Shown: piece by piece, positions 51,049 to 61,539 of the stretch
How positions within the stretch are numbered: position 1 is the first letter of the stretch
Layout of the letters: each line of letters starts with the position of its first letter
NCBI GenBank assembly: GCA_964187785.1
Contig: OZ076412.1
Span: 2,480,001-2,544,000 of the forward strand
DNA: 64,000 nucleotides
Direction of reading: 5' to 3'
Source of the DNA: Amphiscolops sp. MND2022
Lineage: Eukaryota
The notes under the pieces: model-generated
What the model saw: the letters and a program-made list of their open reading frames with translations, nothing else
Database searches by the model: none
Told to the model about the DNA's origin: nothing
Made by a program: the position numbers and the translations under genes

Positions 51049-51309
51049 GTTATTCGTTTGTTTTTATTTAACCATTATGTTTAACAACCGAGACATTTAT
51101 CTCCATTTTAAAATGATGGCGTTCTAAATTCATTTGTGGTTTGGCATGTTCTGTTTTTTTTTGCTTGTTCGTTTCCTCTTTTTTCTGATTGAAAAAACAT
51201 GTCTTTATTTGGAATGGGAGGTTGTAAAATCTTTTAGCGGTTTGAAAGTTTGGCGTTTACATGTAAGACGCTTCGAGGATAAACTATAATGTTGTTTTTG
51301 TTTCTACAG

Positions 51310-53996
51310 ACTGAATACAGCTGCCCCAACTGTTCGTACAAGTCGAACCACCGCACGAATTTTGATAGGCACCAGAAAACCGGCGGTACAGAGCAGCCAC
51401 AAAACAAAGCCTGTCCCCGTTGCAAGAGGGTCTTCGCCACCCTTGTAACGCTCAAGCGGCACGTCGAGAAAGCGAGGTACTGCACGACAGACATACCCCA
51501 AAATGAAAGAAAGTACAGTAAGTAGATCAACTATGTCAACAATTTGCGGCTCGTTTCGTGAAAAAATAGTGAAAAACTTATATCACAAAGACGTGAATAC
51601 AAACCAGAAAGCCTCAAATTTATATTTATTCTTAGTGTGACAGTTTAGGATTTAGATACAAATAAATACTAACATAATACTAAAATAATACGAACATAAG
51701 TATAGTCTGCAAGTTTTATATAATCTGCGTTCGTTCGTTTACATTTTTTTCAATAAGAGTTTATAGGAACTGCCAATCCCAGCAAGGAATATCCTTGCAC
51801 ATCCTGTAGTGAGGAATTTGCCCGGAGTGACTCCCTACAGAGACACCTGGAACGATTCCCCTCCACAAAGAAAGCGACATGGCAATGACGAGCGAGCCTA
51901 GTCGACGGGCGTACGAAGGGTCAAGTCTCTTCGTAAAGTACCTAGAGGACATGCCGCTATCAGAGGAGCCGTGGAACTGCTGCAGGTGGGAAAATCAGCA
52001 AGAAGACGAAAACGGCATGGTCCTGAAAGCACTCTCTCGTGGCCAGCCGATATTGTGGAAGAACGGGGCTATGGACTCGCGAGGTTTGAAGCTCCCAGTT
52101 TTGCCCGCTGAGGACTTCGTCCACCAAGTGGAGTTCTTGCTGCAGCACTTGGCTAATCCTGCAGCGAAGCTTGGTGCAAAGTCATCACAGCTACCACAAG
52201 ACCAACAGGTGAACATATCCCGCCATTCTTTGTGTTTTTCGAATTTCACAAACTTCGTTCAAGTATAGCGTTTTACCATTAGTGATAAAATTTATTTTAT
52301 ACGTTGAATCAAAACATATTGAGATTTAGTATCCACTAAGTCATCGTTGGCAGTGGATTTCACTGTAAGTTATCTAAACATTGGTAAAGTAATTTCAAAG
52401 GAGTATGCTTGAAATATATATTTTTGAATTTTAGGTCAGGTCTTTAACAGTGAGAGAGTACCTGGACGAGCAGTGAGCGGGGCCCTCAGCAGCACTCACG
52501 GGAACATTTCCTGTCAATGTCATTGACATTGCACTCGAACGGAATGTAAGTTTTTTTATCATATCTTGGAAGGGCTCATATTGGAAAAAATTACTCTTTG
52601 AATTTGGTGTCTTTACAGTGCCAAAAGTCAGTGAAATACATGATGCACCCTTCTATTGTTCAAATTTTTAGCAACTAAATTGATGTTGAAATTGGCGACC
52701 ACTGTAAGGAGTCTTTGTTCTGAAACCGTTTGCTGAGGTCTTGTCGTTTTGGTTTAGTTTTTCCAAGTACCGGATTTCGTCAGACACTGTGCGGCCGATC
52801 ATCTGGCAGATGAGTGTGTGGATGCAGCAGGGCACTTCACCGAGGCTACATCCAATTATTTGCTGGTCTCAAACGACCAGTGTCTCACGCCGTGGCATGT
52901 CGACTTCTCCAGCACGACTGCTTTTTATACTGTCGCCAGAGGACAGAAGATCGTCTGTCTGGTGGAGCCGACAAGCTCAAATTTGCAGCTCTTTGAGGAG
53001 TGGAGCAATATCCCCACAAAAAGGTAAATGTACTCAGATCATGTACTGAAAAAATACTCATCTCAAAATCATCATTTTGCGAAGAGCACATTATCAATCA
53101 TGCACATGATTCAAAATCATTGAACAAGTTGTTTCGTTTAAATGTATACTAACTTGTTTTTATTTAGATCAACTTCCTTCGGGAACCTGAAGGCCCTGAC
53201 AGGTGGGGTCCACAAACTTGTGGTGGAAGCAGGCGACATCCTCGTTTTGCCTGCACGCTGGCCACATATAGTGGCAACAAAGGGAGACGCCATTGCTTTT
53301 GCCTCCAACTTCCTCGCTGTCACACATTTCCCTCTGATTGTGGACAGTCACCTCAACGCCAGTCAGTAGGAAATAGACGACGAAGAGGTTTTTCCCGGAG
53401 TTGTTCGTGTGTATGCTGTGCTACAGTTTAAAACACGACAACTCCAGCGAAAACTCAATTCCCTGAAAGGATCATGGAGCCCCCTCTTCTCCAGCCCACA
53501 ACTGACTCTTCTGAAAGAGCAGATCAGCAGTGAGCTCGACGCCATCAAAATGGTAATCAATGTTTGTTAATTATGAATGGTAACTTATAATGTAGAAAAT
53601 GTAGATAATGTAGAAAAGAACTAATCTCTTCCACGGACTGGGTTATGAACTACGGATTTTAAGGGTTCTCGTTTCGAACTGCCTAACAATTTAAACGTAT
53701 TTTTTCAAATGTAATTGTAATTTTGCACATTTCTCATTGAATTCGCTCTATTCATCCTTGTCAATGGCTTTTGTTACCAGGTGTATCCAGCTTTCAATTT
53801 GAATCAACTGGGATTGAGGGGTCCGGAGAAGCCCTATTGCGACCCCAAAGGGCCAGTGTACGCCTTCACGGGGACTTTGAAGGAAGTCCGAATTGGGCCT
53901 ACACACCAGGCCGAAATCCCCGAAATGTCACAGAAGGGAAGGAAACGTGACCGCAGCATCCTTCAAAAGGAGGAGGACGTCTTCGATATAGGTTAG
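51310..53996 (+). pseudogene. Spliced gene: 3x C2H2 zinc finger - JmjC (KDM2/KDM7-PHF8 type) - ELM2-like motif; three disabling lesions
   Basis: Exons 51310-51517, 51767-52208, 52435-52545, 52758-53023, 53168-53552 and 53781-53996, all GT-AG with consistent phases (1,0,0,2,0). JmjC LTPWHVDFSSTTAFYTVARGQK...GDILVLPARWPHIVAT has an intact HxD...H (52896, 52902, 53265). VRIGPTHQAEIP is ELM2-like. Lesions: frameshift at ~51860-51880, TGA 52474, TAG 53367. First exon not identified. Confidence 0.85.
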
Positions 53997-54359
53997 AAGC
54001 AGCAATTGTTGATGTCATAATTTTCGAAATCTTGATGTTAAACCTTACATAGATATTTGACCACTATTCTATCGGAAAACCTTGCAATTGTATCTGTTGA
54101 AAAAAATCACAAACCCCATCGTTATGATCTGTTTAGACACCCTGCCGCCTCTCATTGCAAGCTGCGACACTTTCAAAGAGTTTTTGAGCAAAAAAATTGC
54201 TCTCTACAAGCTGGCCTTTGCAACGAGCCTACATTGCAAAAGAAGCCTCGAGAAAATTTCACTATAGTGAATAAAGAAGCTGCCTGGAGCAAACTTTTAT
54301 AATTTTTTGTTTTTTTATCAAACTTTTTAGTTAAGAATTGAACAGAATTTAGTTTAGAA

Positions 54360-54810
54360 TTTACTCCTTTATATTGGTTTGCAAATGTTCGAGCATTTGT
54401 TTGTAGAACTCACTTTTAATGTATTGAAATACGTCTGTCGATTCCGCATATCGCTCTTCGCAGGGTGAAGAATGTTTTCCAGAATAATGGAATCCACTAC
54501 AATAGAAACTTGAGTCTATTTAGAACTAATAATTTACTGAAGATATCCCTTTTGGATTGGTTTGCAAAAGTTTAAGAATTTGTTTGTGGAATCCACTGTC
54601 AATGTATTGGTATATGTTAGTCAATTCCGCATATCGCTTTTCGCAGGATGAAGAATACTTTCCAGAATAGTGGAATCCACTGCAATATAAATTTGTGTCT
54701 ATTTAGAACTAATGGTTTACTGATTGTACCCCTTTTGTATTGGTTTGCAAATGTTTAAGCATTTGTTTGTGGAATCCACTGTCAATGTATTGGTATACGT
54801 TAGTCAAATC
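54360..54810 (-). repeat. Inverted copy of the 183-bp array, ~2.5 units
   Basis: Reverse complement of the 47770-48720 unit (GTGGAATCCACTG, ATTGGTTTGCAAA at ~54375, ~54556 and ~54740). Confidence 0.9.
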
Positions 54811-55167
54811 CACTTACTGTTTCTGGCTAGATGCATTTAGGTTTAGTAGAACGTTTGTACCAAAAATCTGAATGTGCAAAAACCAAAGTAACAAATTATT
54901 ATTACGTATCGGGAACAGTTCTGAATAATAATTTGAAATTATCTACTGGGGAGAATTTTTCAAGAAAGTAGTCGCAAGTGAAAAAAGTTTTTTGACATCA
55001 TTTATTGTAACAAGGAAAATAATACTGTAACAATCGAATTAAGAAAAAGAATTTTATCAGTGCAATACCAACAAAATTACCATTGATTTTATTTAGGGTA
55101 ACAAAACAGGCGCTTTTTGAAGATGTATTTGCACATTTACTCACGATGGATACCAAAATTGCTACCC

Positions 55168-56157
55168 CTATTGGTCAACGAAGTATTCAATGTGCGCATG
55201 TTGAATGTTTTGCCTGAACCTTTGTCGATGGTCTCCATTTTTTTTGTAGTGGCCTTCAGTTGTAGTTATGTGGCACCTGAGTGAGAACATCTTAAAGTCG
55301 CGATGTTCCGTGAAATTCAAAGTCTTGATCAATGTTGCAGGCTCATCTTCAAGCGTATCTGGAATGATGTCCCAATTCTGGCCCAATATAAAATCTAAGC
55401 TGTTGTAGCTTCCCAAGTTTCCCGTTGCAACTTCTATTGAAAATTTCACGTTTTCTCTGCTTGAGTCCGACTTGAACCCACAGACACGTTTTGTGAGCTC
55501 TGTTGCAGGTATCATGTTTGTCACAGTTGATGACTTCTTGAACGACAAACCAACACATCTCTTAATTGCAGAAAAGATTGCAAACGTTCTATCAACATCA
55601 TTATCAAGAGTGAAAAAATTGATTTCCACGTTTTTTAAATAGTCCGAGATCTTTAACGAACAATTGTTTACTGGCATCCTAAGTTCGCAGTGTTCGTCGT
55701 CCATGGATACCATTATTGCAAATGGTTTCAACTTCTGTGTACTGTAGTACAAATCCTCCACTTTGAATTCCATTCCAGACAAAATAATAAAGGATCCTCT
55801 TTGACAAATTCCATTGACACATGGTACATAGCATAATTTGACATCAACATCGGTTTGCGGTATCAATGCTGAAAAGTCTATTTCTGGTATTTGTGTTTTA
55901 GGTCTTTTCTGTTTTGGTTCTTCCCGATGTTCCTGCATCGTCTCTTCAGCTTCCTCGTCGTCTTCTGCTTTCTCATCGTGAACATGGGTATCTTCCCCTA
56001 GTTCTTCAAAGGGGATAAATCTAAACATTTTGTCCATCTCCACGACACACTCATGGGTAAATGGGTCATTCGCCGAAATAGTTCCCGTTTTGATTTTTCC
56101 ATTAGAATCAATAAACCGATGCCCCACACACTCACAATCGGGTAGCCAAAATGTCAC
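55168..56157 (-). CDS. Hypothetical protein, 329 aa, no recognised domain
   Basis: Long uninterrupted ORF in AT-rich DNA with an acidic linker and a globular-looking C-terminal half. The start is non-ATG, so an upstream exon is possible. Confidence 0.6.
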   Translation of the reverse strand: MTFWLPDCECVGHRFIDSNGKIKTGTISANDPFTHECVVEMDKMFRFIPFEELGEDTHVHDEKAEDDEEAEETMQEHREEPKQKRPKTQIPEIDFSALIPQTDVDVKLCYVPCVNGICQRGSFIILSGMEFKVEDLYYSTQKLKPFAIMVSMDDEHCELRMPVNNCSLKISDYLKNVEINFFTLDNDVDRTFAIFSAIKRCVGLSFKKSSTVTNMIPATELTKRVCGFKSDSSRENVKFSIEVATGNLGSYNSLDFILGQNWDIIPDTLEDEPATLIKTLNFTEHRDFKMFSLRCHITTTEGHYKKNGDHRQRFRQNIQHAHIEYFVDQ

Positions 56158-56864
56158 AGGCTGGTTTTTTGCAGTCAGTTTGGGTTATACAACAGGGGTT
56201 TAGAACGCTTTTTCGACATGACTGGTTGCGAATGTCGTGCTTTTCTAATGTTCCACCTGTTTGGGTCAGGACGCAATTCTAGGGGAATTTCAATTTTCTG
56301 CAGACGATTGTTCCAGTCGATCCATTGGATTTTCAGAGACTAATCACTTATGAACGCTATTATGTTCGCAGACTCCCAAATATAGGTTTCAGGATCGAGG
56401 ATATGGACAATTTCATTTAATTTGAAAGTTTGCAGAAGCATTGTAGTGGAGATTAAAGTTGACTTCATCAGAAAGAAATACTTGAGCTTACTCTGAGCAT
56501 AAACTGTTCAAATTTGTGCAAAGTGATTACCAGGTGTCAACACATAAACTGCGCGAAAAGAGGCTAATTTTACGGTGATGATCCTAAAAGAAGGTGTCAT
56601 TCCGATTTGAGCGCTCAATAAAAGAAATTAATACTAGCAATTAGTTTTTAAACTCATCTCGTGAGTGTTAATATATTTGAATAGGCATTTGAGTCCCGAA
56701 AGGACTCAACCACCGTAATAAACCTGATAACACTTACTGGTTGAAATTATTAATTTAGTCACTGTGAAGTGCAATGGGTGAAATCGAGTCTCTGCTAATT
56801 ATGGAAACGACGCCTTATCGAAAAAAATAATTACAAAATTGTCATTTCGTTTTACATCATAATT

Positions 56865-58841
56865 TTGATTAATTCAGCGAAATCCACTGTCAAGACTTGT
56901 TCTCCTAGTTTCATGAATACTTCTAATGACAAAATTTCAAATCAAGAATCGACACGTTTGTGTCCATCCCAGACTTCTACACCTGTGCAACAGTCACATC
57001 GACGATCTACGGACTGGAATGTGCCGCCAGATTTCCTCAGTAATGCATCCTTGTTTTGTCCGCCATCTTATTCGCCAATTCCATCGGCCCCCGAGGAGGG
57101 TTTCTTCAGTGCAACTAGAATGATGAACCCCGATGGGATCGAACACTTGATTGAACATACGCCCACAGAAGCTCTAGAACATTCACTGCAGAATGCTCAC
57201 AATCTGACTCAAGTTCCTTTGCCGCCTGAGAACCCACTACAACAGGACCCCCCGTCACAGAATTCACTGCTTCACCTGAACTTGCCACCCCAGAGCAATG
57301 TTCCCGGGACCAATGTGCCGCCCCAGCTCAATGAGCCACCCGGGAAGCGTCCATTTGACTCCCAGTGCAGTGAGGATAATTTAAGTAACAGTCAATCCAA
57401 ATGTGCGAGAGTTACTTACTTTGACAACAACATGTACGAAAGAACGTTGGCTAAACATGTGCAGGCATCGAAAGAAAATGTGGGACTAGTACAAAAAGCT
57501 AAGTTGGAACTCTTTCGATGCATAATTACAACCCTGTTCATGTATGCGGTACCACCTATGATTGAAAGTTCCATCCGGAATGTCTCGGTACACTCAGTTG
57601 TGCAAGTCGTGATGGATCACGAAGAAGATTCACTGAGCGACGCCTTCAATCGCTGTGTGGAACACACAATTGGATCATCGGAACGAACAATTCACAAAGT
57701 ATCCGGAAGTCTTGTTGAAGCATTGAAAGTACATTTTACACAAATTCGGCCATTTTTTGTTACCAATCACACCAAGTTAGCCATTGTTTGATACGAAAAG
57801 GCCGACAAACGTCCAATTAATACAGAGTTATTCTTTGTGAATTCAATTGGTAAAACGGACTTCCGCGTTAAATCTGTTGTAGATCTTTTCATTTCAAGCA
57901 AAAAAGCAGAAACAAAAGATCAATGTACATTGAAAGGTAAAGTCGCGGAACTGATGCCCCTTTCCAATGACCCATGCTTCAAAATCACCAAGCTGAAACA
58001 TGCATTGAATTTGGTTCTTTCGAATGTTGAAGGTTTCGACAAAGACGATATGAGAAACGCTGTTCGCGCCCGCCAAGACCAGCAGAGGTACACTCGCCAG
58101 TCAGCCAGCGCCTTGCTATACTTTGAACACGTTTCTGGGAAAGTTGCTATTAACTGTCTTGAGTCAAGAGTGGCGGTATTTTTTCAGCGACAAAAGTGGA
58201 CTTCGCTGGAGGATAAGAACCAGGACGTGAAAAAAGTGACAGCGCAGTTATTGATTCTCTTTAACAACCAGTCAATTAGAAAATCTTCGCAGGTACCTGA
58301 GAGCAGTGGAATTCGTTATGCTGGACTTGCTCATAATTTGCCATATGAAGAACAAACTTTGTTGTCGCAACGATGTGAGACGCAGCTGTGGCCTGGAATC
58401 TGTTTAGCCATAATGTCAAAATTTGGGAGATGTGTGATTGCCACACAGAAAATTTCAAAGGACGACATTTTGATGGATTACCATGGCGAGGTGTATTTGA
58501 ACATGTCATTGAGCCAAGTCCTCGAGAAAGAAGGTGTGGAGCAAGAGTTCGTTCTGGAGGTTAAAAGTGGCGCCTCTAGAAGGATCATTGATGCCTCCAA
58601 AGAGATTTGCCCCCTTCACACAAATATTTGCTGCCCTGGACGTCTTGCCAACCACTCGCAGTTGAAATCAAACGGCGCCAACATGAAGCCCACAGTGATC
58701 GAATTGTTTCAAAATGGCAAAAAGATTGTAGTGTTCTGAGCTACACGTGATATTCTATCATTTGAGCAGCTCCGTATTGATTACAATGACCCCATTGCCA
58801 ATCAACTTTTCCAGGAAGATTCTCAACCGATGTTTGACTGA
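56865..58841 (+). pseudogene. Pro/Gln-rich N-terminus plus PR-Set7/SET8(KMT5A)-like SET domain; one frame broken by two TGA codons
   Basis: ORFs 56865..57791 and 57837..58739 share a frame, with no other stop between them. Motifs GRCVIAT...DYHGE...IIDAS...GRLANHS, then after TGA 58737 ATRDI...QLRIDY, ending at TGA 58839-58841. Confidence 0.8.
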
Positions 58842-59659
58842 TGGAATCGTCAGAAAACGTCGTTTACAAAACACTTTTCTTTGTTGTGTATTGAATTTTT
58901 CACTACTTTCGCTTTAATTTCACTTGTATGTAAACACTGATTGCTACAACTACAAATGTTTGGTTTCCGTAATATCGAAACAAAACACCGTAAATTACAT
59001 TTTCCCTTGCAACGTCTTCTTCACTCGAATTTAGATTTCCATTCATCATTCGGCTTGTAATTCATTTTGAAATTTTGATATCCGCCTTGAGGTATTTGAA
59101 AAATGGAAACTACTTGTACCTAAAATACACTAAAATACACAAAAGAGCTGTTTGTGAAATTTGATGTAGAATTGATAAGGTCTCCGTTGCAGTCAGCAGT
59201 ATGCTTGAAGTGAGTTTTCCGGAACCAAATTTTGGTATCCACCATGAGGTAAATGAAAAATGAAAGCTAGTTATACCTAAAGGTTTGTGTGTATAACTAG
59301 GTAACTAGCAGGAACTGTGTGTGAAATTTTGATGCCCACTATGATTCAATCAAAGTATGAAAAAATAACAGTCGAAATAAAGCGATAAAACGGTGCTTGA
59401 TTGCAGTGAAAACTCACTGGGAATAATTTGTCAAAGGAAGAAATTCTGAACCCTTCTTTTTGTGATGTTGTATATACTGAATTATGCCTTTATTATATAT
59501 TGTTGTTATTGATCTATGTTTTATTTTAGATGTCGATGTCCCTTTGATGTGTGCTTTGATAACTGCCGTCTACAGAATACTAACCTTCATAGAAAAGCAT
59601 TTTGATCAACGAGAAACACGACAATTGGTGTCCAGACCAGGATTCATTTCAAGGTTAGC

Positions 59660-60253
59660 ATGCTCAAAATTATTGCTGCCAGTTCCTTGTACAACTCAAT
59701 TGGAGAACTTCAAATCAAGTTGCGTAAACGACTACGACAACTCGTCCACGCCGGTCCCGGTTTTAGCTTGAACCCAGAGTCCGTGAACAAGTCAAAAGAC
59801 GTTTACAACTATCTAAAGTCCGAAGAACTGAGAGATACGAGAATAATCCTGTGGCACGATCTGATTAACAATACTATCACACCTCACAAAAGTAACAACT
59901 ATCAACCGCAAAGTGTAAGTCAGCTGGTGGCTTCATTGAGAAGTCTAACAAATTTATGCGGCATAGTTTATTGCCAACGTACAGGGTCCCCGAATATTTT
60001 TGAAGACCTGAGAACATTGGATTGCCCAATCATCCAAGTCACGACAGATATTTTGAGCAAGTCAGAGCAGCGCAGTGAAGTACTCGTCGAGAAGTACAAA
60101 GCCTTACACCAATCCAGCGATCTCGAACCCAGATCCCTAGGTGTAGTTTTACATTATTATCCGAACCTGCGAAAGATCTTGAAAACAAGAGGCACCAAGC
60201 GAAGAACTCACGAGCAACGAAGAGAGGCTAAGAGAAAAAGAGAAGACAACTAA
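59660..60253 (+). CDS. Extra ORF0 (197 aa) upstream of gag, SGNH/GDSL-hydrolase-like fold suspected
   Basis: IIAASSL / GPGFSL / IILWHDLINN / KALH resemble SGNH blocks I, II, III and V. Homologous remnants (LIWHDVIS, QLVA, YCERKGS) lie upstream of gag in the - strand copy at ~16250-16400. Confidence 0.6.
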   Translation: MLKIIAASSLYNSIGELQIKLRKRLRQLVHAGPGFSLNPESVNKSKDVYNYLKSEELRDTRIILWHDLINNTITPHKSNNYQPQSVSQLVASLRSLTNLCGIVYCQRTGSPNIFEDLRTLDCPIIQVTTDILSKSEQRSEVLVEKYKALHQSSDLEPRSLGVVLHYYPNLRKILKTRGTKRRTHEQRREAKRKREDN

Positions 60254-60423
60254 ATGTGAGCTTTTAGAGTCTCGGACTCAGAGCCGCTGTTGTTACCTCT
60301 TTATAGCATTTCGAATTAAAGGTGAGCTTTTAGAGTCTTGGACTCAAAGCCCCCTTAGTAATTCTTAGCCATTAAGACTCAAATTGTTCGAATCGCGTTT
60401 TTTTCAAGTCATTACCAAAATCA

Positions 60424-61539
60424 ATGGGTAAACCGGAATTGAACCTCAAGGAATCCGATCAAGCACTTATGTGGCTCAAGGCGTTCGAAGCGCGAGCGCG
60501 TGTTGAAAAGAAAAGGGACATCGACGCAACACCTGGAACTAGTGGACCGCCAGCTGTTGCTGCCATAGCAAAAGATTATCAGGTGTCTGATTTCTTTATG
60601 AGCCAATGCGGCCTCGAAGCGTTGATAAAGCTCAGTAGCCTCGTCGCGCCCAGAAACATTGAAGACATGAAATTCATAGACATTCGTAAGGATCTCATAA
60701 ATTACTTGAAGCCACAAGAGAGACTGATGGTTGCAGAACGCACTGGCTTCCTTCAGATGTCTCAAGGGGGAGCAGAAGCAGAAACCGACTACCTTGCTAG
60801 GCTCCGAGAGGCTGCGCGTTATTGTAAGTTTGTCGATCTGAAAGCTTCTCCGGATCCTGAAGCTGAAATGATCCGACTACAATCCATCGCCGGACTACGA
60901 GACAGCGAATCAAAGCTCAAGTTGCTTGAAGCACTCAGAGCAAACGACAACTTGACTGTGGAAGACCTGCTTCAGCTTATTCAATACAGAACGCAGGCCA
61001 AGAGATTTGCTGAGAGCTCAGTTCATCAGTCAACTTCAAGTGTAGTAGCATATGCGGAAAAACGTGGCGCCAATAATAAAAAAGATCTGAGTCGCCGTCA
61101 GAAGCCAGAGCAGTGTGGACGATGTGGACGAAAGCTATTCCATTTACTTCATGAGTGCCCTGCCAAGGATGAAAAGTGCCACAATTGTTCGAAGCAAGGA
61201 CACTATTCCAGAATGTGCAAAGCTAAAAGACAAGAAGCCTCGCGAACTGAGGGGAAAACCTATCGAAAATCAAATGCATCAGTGTACCATACTTGTGAAG
61301 AACAAGAATTCGAAAATTCCGCCTCGTCTGAGGAAACCATGTATTATGCAGAACAAGTCGCAACTGTAGAAGAAGTCCATCACATTGGAAGCAAAGCATT
61401 TCATAGCATCAAGATAAATGGCCATGACGTTCGAATGCAGAACGACACTGGATCTTCAGTGACCATTATTTCAACAAAAATTTGGCGGGAAATTGGCTCT
61501 CCTACCTTGAGCACTAGCCCCCGATGGATTGAAGCATAA
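60424..61539 (+). CDS. gag: Gypsy Gag (two CCHC-type knuckles) running into aspartic protease (NDTGS)
   Basis: CGRCG...H...C and CHNCSKQGHYSRMC; MQNDTGSSVTII; a premature TAA ends the frame. Confidence 0.9.
   Translation: MGKPELNLKESDQALMWLKAFEARARVEKKRDIDATPGTSGPPAVAAIAKDYQVSDFFMSQCGLEALIKLSSLVAPRNIEDMKFIDIRKDLINYLKPQERLMVAERTGFLQMSQGGAEAETDYLARLREAARYCKFVDLKASPDPEAEMIRLQSIAGLRDSESKLKLLEALRANDNLTVEDLLQLIQYRTQAKRFAESSVHQSTSSVVAYAEKRGANNKKDLSRRQKPEQCGRCGRKLFHLLHECPAKDEKCHNCSKQGHYSRMCKAKRQEASRTEGKTYRKSNASVYHTCEEQEFENSASSEETMYYAEQVATVEEVHHIGSKAFHSIKINGHDVRMQNDTGSSVTIISTKIWREIGSPTLSTSPRWIEA

Noticed and set aside
55168-56157. RAG2-like partner gene
   Set aside because: The orientation fits ProtoRAG, but no kelch GG/W repeat pattern or PHD is visible.
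56720-56766. RSS-like right terminus (CACAGTG on the - strand at 56760-56766)
   Set aside because: There is no convincing ACAAAAACC nonamer at a 12- or 23-bp spacer, no extended match to the 42907 end and no TSD. A single heptamer is expected by chance.
52474-58739. UGA recoding or selenoprotein explanation for in-frame TGA codons
   Set aside because: The same genes also have a TAG and a frameshift, the TGA positions are not conserved cysteines, and no SECIS was identified. Decay is simpler.
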